Notes under the pieces: generated by a model
The model's input: only the letters and a program-made list of their open reading frames with translations
What the model was told of the DNA's origin: nothing
Databases searched by the model: none
Shown here: one piece after another, positions 22,091-30,340 of the stretch
Position numbering within the stretch: the first letter of the stretch is position 1
Layout of the letters: the number at the start of each line of letters is the position of its first letter
Position numbers and translations under genes: made by a program
DNA from: Acaryochloridaceae cyanobacterium VAR_48_metabat_390
GTDB lineage: Bacteria; Cyanobacteriota; Cyanobacteriia; Thermosynechococcales; Thermosynechococcaceae
Direction of reading: 5' to 3'
NCBI GenBank assembly: GCA_031422435.1
Contig: JANPLU010000090.1
Span: 23,225 to 87,224, forward strand
DNA: 64,000 nt

Positions 22091-24181
22091 TTAAGCTGCC
22101 TGTAGTCCACTGTGCCGGAGCAGTGCTTCGGTACTTGGCTCTCGTCCACGAAATATCTTAAAGATTTCCATTGGGTGCTGGCTACCGCCCAGGGCTAAAA
22201 CCGTTTCACGGAAACGTCGTCCGGTTTCGACGATCGCCGCATCATTTTCTAGCCCCGCTTCTTCAAAGGCCGCAAAGGCATCGGCACTTAGCACCTCTGC
22301 CCACTTGTAGCTGTAATAGCCCGCAGAATAGCCACCTGCAAAGATATGCCCAAAAGAACAGAGAAACGCATCTTCTGGCAAGGGTTTGAGAACCGTAGTA
22401 GATTGGGCAATGCGATCGCGCAGTTCACTAATACTCTCATTCCCCCCAGGCTGGTACCGATGGTGTAGCTCAATATCCACCGTCGAGAAATACACCTGAC
22501 GGAGGGTCGCGCTGCCGTTCATGAAAGTACGCGCCGCCAAAAGCCGTTGGTAGTATTCTTCCGGCAGGGGCGCTCCGGTTTCGTAGTGGCGTGCCATACC
22601 AAATAGGGTGGCGCGGTCGTAGCACCAGTTTTCCATAAATTGGCTGGGCAGCTCTACTGCATCCCACTCGACGTTGTTGATGCCCGCCGCACCTGCAAAG
22701 TCTACACGGGTCAGCATGTGATGGAGTCCATGCCCAAACTCATGGAAAAGGGTTTCCACTTCCCGAAAGGTCATGAGGCTGGGTTTACCATCCACGGGTG
22801 GGGTTTGGTTACAGACTAGATAGGCCACAGGGGTTCGGAGGGTGCTGCCCGTCTTGGCGCGTCCAATGCAGTCATCCATCCAGGCACCGCCGCGCTTTTC
22901 GGCAGGGCGGCTATAGGGATCGAGGTAGAAATGGGCGATCGCCTCTCCAGTCTCACTGGCAATCTGGAAGTAGCGAACGTCGGCATTCCAGACGGGGGCT
23001 TCACCATTGGCAGGGGTAACGGTAATGCCAAAGATGCGGTGAACCAGGCCAAATAGCCCCTCTAAGACCTGAGGTAAGGGGAAGTAGGGGCGCAGTTCTT
23101 CATCATTGAGGGCGTACTTTTCTTCTCGGAATCGTTCTGCCCAGAAGCTGGTGTCCCAATGCTTTAGGTCAGCGCCTTCTGAGGCATGTTTAGCAGCAGC
23201 AAAGTCTTTGAGTTCTGCCAACTCTTGCTGAGCGGCTTCGTAGCTGGGTTTGCGGAGATCTTCTAAGAGCGCCTCAACGGCGGCGACGTTGGGAGCCATT
23301 TTGCTAGCAAGGCTCACTTCGGCAAAGCTTTGGTAGCCCAAGAGCTGGGCTTCTTCTTGGCGGAGGGTTAAAATGCGCTCAATAATGGGAGCGTTGTCAT
23401 ATTTGCCAGAGGCGGCGCGGCTAATAAAGGCGCGGTAGAGCTTTTCTCGGAGGTCGCGGCGTTGGCTGTGCTGCATGAAGGGGCCAAAGCTGGGGAAATC
23501 TAGGGTGATGCGCCAAGGACCTGCTTCTGGGGTGGCGTCGGTTTCGCCGCCTTCACGGGCGCACTGAGCCGCAAAGCCGAGCAAGCTGGCGGGTAGTCCG
23601 GTAATGTCGTCTTGATCTTTGAGGGTAAGGCTAAAGGCTTTAGTGGCGTCTAAAACGTGGTTAGAAAACTGCGTGGTGAGGGTAGCTAGCTCAAGCTGGA
23701 TGGCGTTGAACCGCTCTTTTTGATCTCCCACTAAGCCAACGCCGGAGAGTTCTGCGCTACGAATGGCACTTTCGACGATCCGCTGTTGGGCAGGGGCAAG
23801 GCTTGCCCAGCCTGTGCCGTTGCGGATGGTGACAAAGGCTTCATAGATGGGGCGACTTTGGCTAAAGCGATTGTAAAATTCCACCACTGTGGGCTGAATG
23901 CTTTCGTAAGCCTCCCGCAGCTCTGGGCTATTTTGCACCCCCATCAGGTGCCCCACAATGCCCCAACTCCAGCGCAGCCGTTCTTCGATGGTTTGGAGCG
24001 GTTCGACCAAGCCTTCCCAGGTGGGCTGTAGGGTTTGCTCTTGCTGGGTGAGGGATGTTTCTAGCTCCTGCAATAGCTGCGTCAATGCTGGGACAACGTG
24101 CGCTGGCTGGATCTGATCGAAGGGAGGTAAGCCTTGGCCAATCAGGAGAGGGTTAGGGGCGATCGCAGGGGTGGGGGTCAT
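22091..24181 (-). CDS. prlC: Oligopeptidase A (M3 metallopeptidase)
   Basis: FHEFGHGLHH, WDAVELPSQFMENW, KRGGAWM and GYYSYKWAEV motifs. Confidence 0.96.
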   Translation of the reverse strand: MTPTPAIAPNPLLIGQGLPPFDQIQPAHVVPALTQLLQELETSLTQQEQTLQPTWEGLVEPLQTIEERLRWSWGIVGHLMGVQNSPELREAYESIQPTVVEFYNRFSQSRPIYEAFVTIRNGTGWASLAPAQQRIVESAIRSAELSGVGLVGDQKERFNAIQLELATLTTQFSNHVLDATKAFSLTLKDQDDITGLPASLLGFAAQCAREGGETDATPEAGPWRITLDFPSFGPFMQHSQRRDLREKLYRAFISRAASGKYDNAPIIERILTLRQEEAQLLGYQSFAEVSLASKMAPNVAAVEALLEDLRKPSYEAAQQELAELKDFAAAKHASEGADLKHWDTSFWAERFREEKYALNDEELRPYFPLPQVLEGLFGLVHRIFGITVTPANGEAPVWNADVRYFQIASETGEAIAHFYLDPYSRPAEKRGGAWMDDCIGRAKTGSTLRTPVAYLVCNQTPPVDGKPSLMTFREVETLFHEFGHGLHHMLTRVDFAGAAGINNVEWDAVELPSQFMENWCYDRATLFGMARHYETGAPLPEEYYQRLLAARTFMNGSATLRQVYFSTVDIELHHRYQPGGNESISELRDRIAQSTTVLKPLPEDAFLCSFGHIFAGGYSAGYYSYKWAEVLSADAFAAFEEAGLENDAAIVETGRRFRETVLALGGSQHPMEIFKIFRGREPSTEALLRHSGLQAA

Positions 24182-24319
24182 AGGATTTGAATATAGATAA
24201 GGAATGACGGCTCAACAGTCGTTTTTTTGAGTGAGTCTGCTTTTTAAGTCTGTTTCTTTTAATGTATAGGCAAAAAGAAAGGCTCATCCAGCCCAAAGTC
24301 TTCGGTTATCCCTACCGAC

Positions 24320-25207
24320 TTACTGTAATGCCTGCCACTCCTTGAGCATGAGCCGCAGTGCCGCTCTCCAGTGGAGTGGAGCGCCGCCTAAAATGGGCAT
24401 GATATCCTGAAGCGAAAGTACCGAATAGCTGGGACGCTGGGCGGGAGTTGGGTAGTCTGCGGTGGTAATGGGTATAACCTGCTCAACTTTAAGCGGAATG
24501 CCTAAGCTGCAGGCTTCTTCAAAAATAGCAATCGCAAAGTCATACCAGCTTGCCACGCCGCTATTGGTGAAGTGATAGATGCCTGAAGGTGCAGGTTCTG
24601 TCCCTAAGGTACCAATGAGCGCGGCGATCGCCTCTGCAATGGATTTTGCCCATGTGGGGGTTCCAATCTGATCCGCTACAACCTTCAGTTCTGTGCGATC
24701 TGCTCCTAGCCGCAGCATCGTTTTGACAAAATTGCTTTTGCCGTAGCTGCCGTAGACCCAAGCCGTGCGAAGAATATAGTGGCGATCGCAGTGTGCCTGA
24801 ATTCCGCGCTCTCCATCAAGCTTTGACTGCCCATAGACACTCATAGGATGCGTGGAATCGGTGATGAGATAAGGTGAGCCTTTGGTGCCGTCAAACACAT
24901 AGTCCGTTGAAATATGGATAAGTGTGGCGTTAAGGGACCGAGAAAGTTTGGCGAGTTGCGTAGGGGCGATCGCATTAATGATTTGAGCCAGCTCTGGTTC
25001 AGATTCGGCCTTATCTACGGCAGTATAGGCAGCAGCATTGACAATGACGCTGGGCTGAAGAGGTTCTAAAACTTGAGCAATGGCATCGGGCTGACTGAGA
25101 TCAAGGGACTGACGATTAAACAAATGCAGCTCGCCGAGGGGACGGAGCGTGAGCTGAAGTTCTTGACCTACCTGTCCGTCGGCACCCACCACTGCAATTT
25201 TGTGCAT
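24320..25207 (-). CDS. rfbD: dTDP-4-dehydrorhamnose reductase
   Basis: GADGQVG, NAAAYTAVDKAE, ISTDYVFDG, YGQSK and DQIGTPT motifs. Confidence 0.96.
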   Translation of the reverse strand: MHKIAVVGADGQVGQELQLTLRPLGELHLFNRQSLDLSQPDAIAQVLEPLQPSVIVNAAAYTAVDKAESEPELAQIINAIAPTQLAKLSRSLNATLIHISTDYVFDGTKGSPYLITDSTHPMSVYGQSKLDGERGIQAHCDRHYILRTAWVYGSYGKSNFVKTMLRLGADRTELKVVADQIGTPTWAKSIAEAIAALIGTLGTEPAPSGIYHFTNSGVASWYDFAIAIFEEACSLGIPLKVEQVIPITTADYPTPAQRPSYSVLSLQDIMPILGGAPLHWRAALRLMLKEWQALQ

Positions 25208-25735
25208 GTTCAAAGATTTCGCTAAAGCCACACTATATGTAGTTATTCAACCATAAATGGACTGTTCAGATAGACCGTTTATGGGAATCGATATTGCTTA
25301 TTTTATGGGAGATAAAGCTACCACTCTTTAGCGTAGAAGGCTTTCAGCGGTTCTCTTAAAATGCCAAAAGCCTTGCGGCATAAAATATTCAAGCTATTTA
25401 TTAACTTTTAGTTGAGCATTACTACAAGTTTCGACAGTAGAAATAATTTTCATGAAATATTTTAACTTTTAGCTAGATTTAAACTTTTAGTATTCAAAAT
25501 AGACATACTTGACTATCTAAAACTTAATCCATATTTTCAATTTTTTCTAGATAACTGTGCATTCAGATTCTGTCACATTAGATTATCAGTGTGTTAAAAT
25601 CTTGATATGTACTTCAAAATACTTTGACGAAAATAGATTATGTAAAGAAAGCTTTTTAAATAAAAAACATAAAATTATTCGTAGTAATATATTTTCTAGT
25701 CAATGCTCTTTATATAAAACATAGGAAAATAAATA

Positions 25736-26587
25736 ATGAGTATCTATGAGAAAAAAACTGCTTCTAAAAAAGAAGAACATTTATGGGATCAAATAAAAAA
25801 TACTGAATATAAGGAACTCCCCGAGTGGACTGGATTCGAGATCATACCCTTATTAGCCAGAATGGTTATTCCTATAAAATCTATCATTCGTAGATATATG
25901 AAAGTGACTGTTGAACTAGAATCTGATTATTTTCCCGAAAAACGAGATAAAGTTATTCACACCTATGGTGCTGTTTGTAAAATAAAATTTATTTCTAACG
26001 ATAATCACTCTTTTACTGGGATTTTTACTGGGATTGACCACGGCCTTGTGCGTCTATCATTAGCTAAAAAACCAGACGAAAACAATATTGTTCCAGGTGC
26101 AGCATTTAAGTTTTTGTTAGATAATGTTCCTTCTATAAACTTCATGGTGATGGCATCACTAGAAGGACAATCAAGCTTCAACTTTTTTGAGCACAGTTTT
26201 TCAAATATTGTTGAACTACCTCAAAACCGTGTTCTTCAGATGCTTGCTAAGGCTTTTTCTACTGTGAGTAAAGATCCAACTAAAGTTGATGTCTCTAATC
26301 TTTTTAAGATTATGCCAAATGGCACTAAAGTAATGATGCCAAAAACAGCATTAAAGCTTAATTTAGTTCCAGGTAAACAGCTTAGTTTTAATGAGAAAGC
26401 TCACGAAACAAGAGATGATTTTAGAGATATTCCAGCAGAATCTATTCTTTATGAAGTGTATGCTTGTGAGCTAGAGACTTCTGATGAGATACTACTGGGA
26501 AAAATAGTCACTAAAGATAAATTCATTTGCTCAGAGTTTGGCGATGCCAATTTATTTTTTCGACATCAACGTTTTGATCTTAATTAA
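25736..26587 (+). CDS. Catalase-fold (heme-dependent catalase-like) protein, putative fatty-acid hydroperoxide-metabolizing enzyme
   Basis: KVIHTYG (distal His), TGIFTG...VRLS, PGAAFKF...SINF pattern of catalase-like beta-barrels; AGGA RBS upstream; neighbour of a lipoxygenase. Confidence 0.7.
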   Translation: MSIYEKKTASKKEEHLWDQIKNTEYKELPEWTGFEIIPLLARMVIPIKSIIRRYMKVTVELESDYFPEKRDKVIHTYGAVCKIKFISNDNHSFTGIFTGIDHGLVRLSLAKKPDENNIVPGAAFKFLLDNVPSINFMVMASLEGQSSFNFFEHSFSNIVELPQNRVLQMLAKAFSTVSKDPTKVDVSNLFKIMPNGTKVMMPKTALKLNLVPGKQLSFNEKAHETRDDFRDIPAESILYEVYACELETSDEILLGKIVTKDKFICSEFGDANLFFRHQRFDLN

Positions 26588-26663
26588 AAAATTTTCAATA
26601 GAAAAGCTGGGAGAATTAAAATCTTAACGCCTCCAATTTTTCTGTCCATTCAGAAATACCTTA

Positions 26664-26877
26664 GAGGATGTTTAAAAAGAGTGGTTTGTGACGGAACAAT
26701 AAGAGTTTCGGCGCTTACCACTCAATTGCAGAACTAGTACAGCTTGGCTAAAGTAAGCCCACTATTGAAGTTTTTAGACTTTAGACATCATCATTACGTT
26801 CTCAACTTAATAGTAGAGAGATCTCTACCACCCCGTACTAGTCTTTCAGCATTTGAGTCCGACTTCTCAGCATCCTC
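26664..26877. mobile_element. Degenerate MITE with IS5-like ends
   Basis: Ends GAGGATGTTTAAAAAG / CTTCTCAGCATCCTC; flanked on both sides by TTA (26661-63 and 26878-80). Confidence 0.55.
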
Positions 26878-26895
26878 TTAAACTTTTATCCTTAA

Positions 26896-27011
26896 TACAG
26901 CAGTTTGCAGAATTATTAAGAGAGGTCTGGCAGATTATGAATACTGAAATTAGTTCTGCTAAATAAGTTGAGTTAAAATGGGTATTCTTTATATAACTGA
27001 AAACTGCTGTA
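26896..27011. mobile_element. MITE-like element, 116 bp
   Basis: Terminal inverted repeats TACAGCAGTTTGCAG / CTGAAAACTGCTGTA (14/15 match), TA at both ends. Confidence 0.65.
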
Positions 27012-27052
27012 AGTTTCCTAAGAAGTAGACTTTCTCAATAATTAATCTACAA

Positions 27053-27077
27053 AGCTTTAGTTACAGAAACTAAAGCT
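27053..27077. terminator. Hairpin downstream of the lipoxygenase gene (possible terminator)
   Basis: AGCTTTAGTT-acaga-AACTAAAGCT perfect 10-bp stem. Confidence 0.4.
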
Positions 27078-27172
27078 ATAAACGCACAAAATCTAATAAG
27101 ATTCAATTTCAGCAACTTAAGTACTTAAAATTGCTGATTGCAGACTCAATAAATAGAAAAATGGTGAGCCAT

Positions 27173-28543
27173 CTATATGTTAATACTCATCATTATTGAT
27201 CCTAAAGGGATGCCTAACTCAATACGATCACGATATTCCCATAACAGTTTTTTCAAAGGAAGAGGTGCGAATTCAATTGCTGGGTTATGATGAACATTAG
27301 CTAAAGTCCACATCAGCTTGACCTGATTATTGTTTCTCTCAATTACCTTTTTGGCATCATAGTTAGCATCTTCTTTATCCCATAGACCAATTGAGGCATA
27401 TTCAATATCACCTCCATCTTCATATTGTTTATTGTTAACCCAAGAGTGAAAAAAAGTACAATGATAGATAATGTAAATACAAAGTTGTTTTAAATCTTCT
27501 ATCTTTTTAACTTCTAGAGTTCCAAATTCGGGCTTTAAAATTGAATGTCTAGACAGATCTTCAGACATAGCCTCAATTTCAAACCAGTAAGACTGAATAC
27601 CTTCCTGATTGTTATTAAAAAAATCGGAAACATATTTTCCCAACAGCTCCCATACAGCCTTTGCAGCTTCATCAAAGTAATTATTCTCAATAACATCAGG
27701 AAGAGCTTGATTTATAGGCGACCACTTCTTATAACTTAATCTAGAAATTTCTTCCGTAAGAACTTTTTCTACACTCTCATAGTCTAGAGCAGAAGCTTCA
27801 GGAATGAAACCTTTCGTACCTATAATTAGCAAAGCACCTTTTTTGTCTATATTAATTAATCCTTCAAAGTGAGGGAGTAATAGTTCTCGAATAGGGCTGT
27901 TGAGAACATTTCTATAAAATGCCATTGCATACTGATCCATATTCATATGAGTCCGTCCCAAGTGAGACTGGATTTCTTGAAATATAAATTCAGCATTCCG
28001 AAAATAATATTTTGCTAGTTTCCACTCTTCTCCATCTGTAGGAAAACATTTTATTACTTGATCTTTTAGGCAGTATTCAATAGAATGAGCTTTCAACGTT
28101 CGACCTGTCAGGACAAAACGAGCCTCACAATATTCAGGGAGAAGTCCTCCTGCTTCTACTTTGTAGCGACTCGTTTCATACTTTACGGCATACTGCCAGT
28201 CTTTTTCCTCTGTAGGCTTTAGTCTCCCTGGATTAAATCCATTCAACCGGCGCTCTACAAAATACTCATCGCTAAACTTATCGAAATGTAGCCGACTGAG
28301 GTTTGCTGGCATCCATTCTTGCAGTTGTGAGCCTGCCATACTACGGAAGCCAAAGCGTGAAAATATAAAATTGAGAAATGAAAAATTAACTGGTAAAACT
28401 TGCAAGCCCAAATGAGCTTCATATCTAGGGGTTGGTTTAACTTCTAATGGCAATGGTTTACGAACATCAAATCGAGGATAATCTTTGCCTGCCTCTCCAT
28501 AGTATTTAAATTGATTTTTAAGATTACTATATAATTGATTCAT
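27173..28543 (-). CDS. Lipoxygenase (compact cyanobacterial mini-LOX type)
   Basis: SDEYFVERRLNGFNP, EWKLAK, QEIQSHLGRTH (two Fe-ligand His), HSWVN (His/Asn ligands) and C-terminal MMSINI (Ile carboxylate ligand); 456 aa. Confidence 0.93.
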   Translation of the reverse strand: MNQLYSNLKNQFKYYGEAGKDYPRFDVRKPLPLEVKPTPRYEAHLGLQVLPVNFSFLNFIFSRFGFRSMAGSQLQEWMPANLSRLHFDKFSDEYFVERRLNGFNPGRLKPTEEKDWQYAVKYETSRYKVEAGGLLPEYCEARFVLTGRTLKAHSIEYCLKDQVIKCFPTDGEEWKLAKYYFRNAEFIFQEIQSHLGRTHMNMDQYAMAFYRNVLNSPIRELLLPHFEGLINIDKKGALLIIGTKGFIPEASALDYESVEKVLTEEISRLSYKKWSPINQALPDVIENNYFDEAAKAVWELLGKYVSDFFNNNQEGIQSYWFEIEAMSEDLSRHSILKPEFGTLEVKKIEDLKQLCIYIIYHCTFFHSWVNNKQYEDGGDIEYASIGLWDKEDANYDAKKVIERNNNQVKLMWTLANVHHNPAIEFAPLPLKKLLWEYRDRIELGIPLGSIMMSINI

Positions 28544-28692
28544 GGTTTCTATTGCTAAATTGTATGGATTGGTGAAAACGCAAATCTGTAATACAGGTGG
28601 TATGGAATGCCGAAAATGAAATACCTTAAAAAGTGTTCTATAGTCAAGCAGCTTATTTCTTGGTTTAAATTATTTCTAAGCTTCTCATTTAG

Positions 28693-29742
28693 CTATTTAA
28701 TAGTAGTTGAGTTTTTCAGCAGTAATTCTGCCGTTTTCTCAGCTACAAAGGAATTCTTCCAATAAACTGTGTGTGCATCTCCTGGATTGTCACCACTATC
28801 AACCTGATATTCTTTTATAGAATTTCCTGAGCTATAAAGCCTTCGAGTTCCAAATCCTAGCAAATCATCTATATCATAAAAAAGTTGCCACTGAATATGA
28901 TTTGAGTCTTTAAGCCCAATCTCTTTGGCGTCAATGAGCCTTTCGTTTGCCAAGCGATCTATAAGATTTTGCTTTCTCATTAAAAACAAAGGCAGTTGAG
29001 AAGCAGTACTTGTTAAAGAACCAAGTTTGAGTTGATTGTTTTCGGCTTTCTGTCGCCAAATCATAAAGCGATTTACATCTTCTTGATCACCTTGCTCTTT
29101 ATATCCTGGTATGTAGTTAATGTCAGAATTAAATAATCCATACAGGAAATCATGAGTGAGTGTTACACCCAAGCTATCTCCAATCAGATGAAGTCTTACA
29201 TCAGGTTCATCAATATAAGACTCAAGTTTCTCGAGAACTTGTTTATAAACAGTTTTACGTACAATACATTCACCCTGTGCTGAGCAGTAATACAGCACAT
29301 CACCTAGCCCACGAGTCACTATCGACTCCCTTAGTCCAACCACTAAATTGCGCACTAAAGGAGTCAGCGTCGGGAAATCTACTCCCGACTTACTGAAAAT
29401 AGACATCGTGACATTATTGGGGTCAGGATCTTTAATAATATTCTCGTAAGCAATTCGTTTATTTATGAAGTTTTGAGCACGAGTTAGTTTATGGTCATCT
29501 CTGAGATTGTCAGAAGGAACAGACTCCTCTCCTGGCAGTTCATGGCCCCATTCAACACCAATAAAGTTATTTTTAAAAATCTCTCTTAACTTAGGCTGCT
29601 TATTACAAACTGATTCAAAAAACTTGTTATATCCCCAAAATATTTTATTTTCACTACTTTCAAAAGGAGAGCGTTGGTATTCATTAGGAATCATTCCATG
29701 AATCATTCCATGAATCATTATAAGAACATTAACTACTGCCAT
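28693..29742 (-). CDS. Alpha/beta-hydrolase, DDHD/phospholipase A1-like lipase
   Basis: IHG oxyanion motif, GDVLYY, LIGDSLG..THDFL nucleophile elbow, TASQLPLF, WQLFYDIDDLLG (acid) and AHTVYW (His). Confidence 0.72.
   Translation of the reverse strand: MAVVNVLIMIHGMIHGMIPNEYQRSPFESSENKIFWGYNKFFESVCNKQPKLREIFKNNFIGVEWGHELPGEESVPSDNLRDDHKLTRAQNFINKRIAYENIIKDPDPNNVTMSIFSKSGVDFPTLTPLVRNLVVGLRESIVTRGLGDVLYYCSAQGECIVRKTVYKQVLEKLESYIDEPDVRLHLIGDSLGVTLTHDFLYGLFNSDINYIPGYKEQGDQEDVNRFMIWRQKAENNQLKLGSLTSTASQLPLFLMRKQNLIDRLANERLIDAKEIGLKDSNHIQWQLFYDIDDLLGFGTRRLYSSGNSIKEYQVDSGDNPGDAHTVYWKNSFVAEKTAELLLKNSTTIK
29689..29719. repeat. In-frame 12-bp tandem duplication in the lipase 5' end
   Basis: AATCATTCCATG x2 plus a partial third copy AATCATT; encodes MIHG-MIHG-MIP. 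Confidence 0.9.
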
Positions 29743-30340
29743 AAATTTTTCTCTACATATTCTAATAAAATTTCAAAATGCGAAGAATAATACTTGACTT
29801 TTATATTAAACTTAGCTGTTTAATTAGTAAACTAGGATACCTCAAAAACACTCAATTTATTGCATAAACATTGAATTTTATAAAAATTATTTAAATACAT
29901 AAAAATATTTATAAAAGAGTTTTAGGTGTACCTAAGATTGCTATCCTCTTCCAAGCCTCCTACAACCAAGGTATCGGCTTAATAGTTTCAACGTTTTATC
30001 CTCATGCCTTATAAAACTGCTATCCTGAATTTTAACCTTACTAAAACTTTGTTCAATGGGAAAAAATCATAAAAAGTCAGGTATTTCATTGATTAGTGCA
30101 TTACTTATCCTTATTACTGCCACCTTTTTCAAGAAGTCACAGATACTATCTACTCAAATTGAGTTTGCTAAAGTTAACTGTCTTCCGATAACTTTCAGCT
30201 CTTTCGAGTGCTCTGCAACATCAAAGCTTTGCCCTGAAGCTATGTCAGTGCTCCAGATTGCTTTATACGTAGAGAATCATCTAGAGTGGGTCGATCCTAT
30301 TTTGAAATAGTAACGTCAGGGTTACTCACTCATTACCCCC

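Larger units (their letters stand above)
25240..30310. other. AT-rich, HIP1-free genomic islet (putative oxylipin cluster)
   Basis: Abrupt visible drop in GC; no GCGATCGC between about 24975 and 31016; inserted between rfbD and menD; boundaries approximate. Confidence 0.8.

Noticed and set aside
25736..26587. Classical monofunctional catalase (katE/katA)
   Set aside because: Too short and lacks the proximal RxxxY motif and the C-terminal helical domain.
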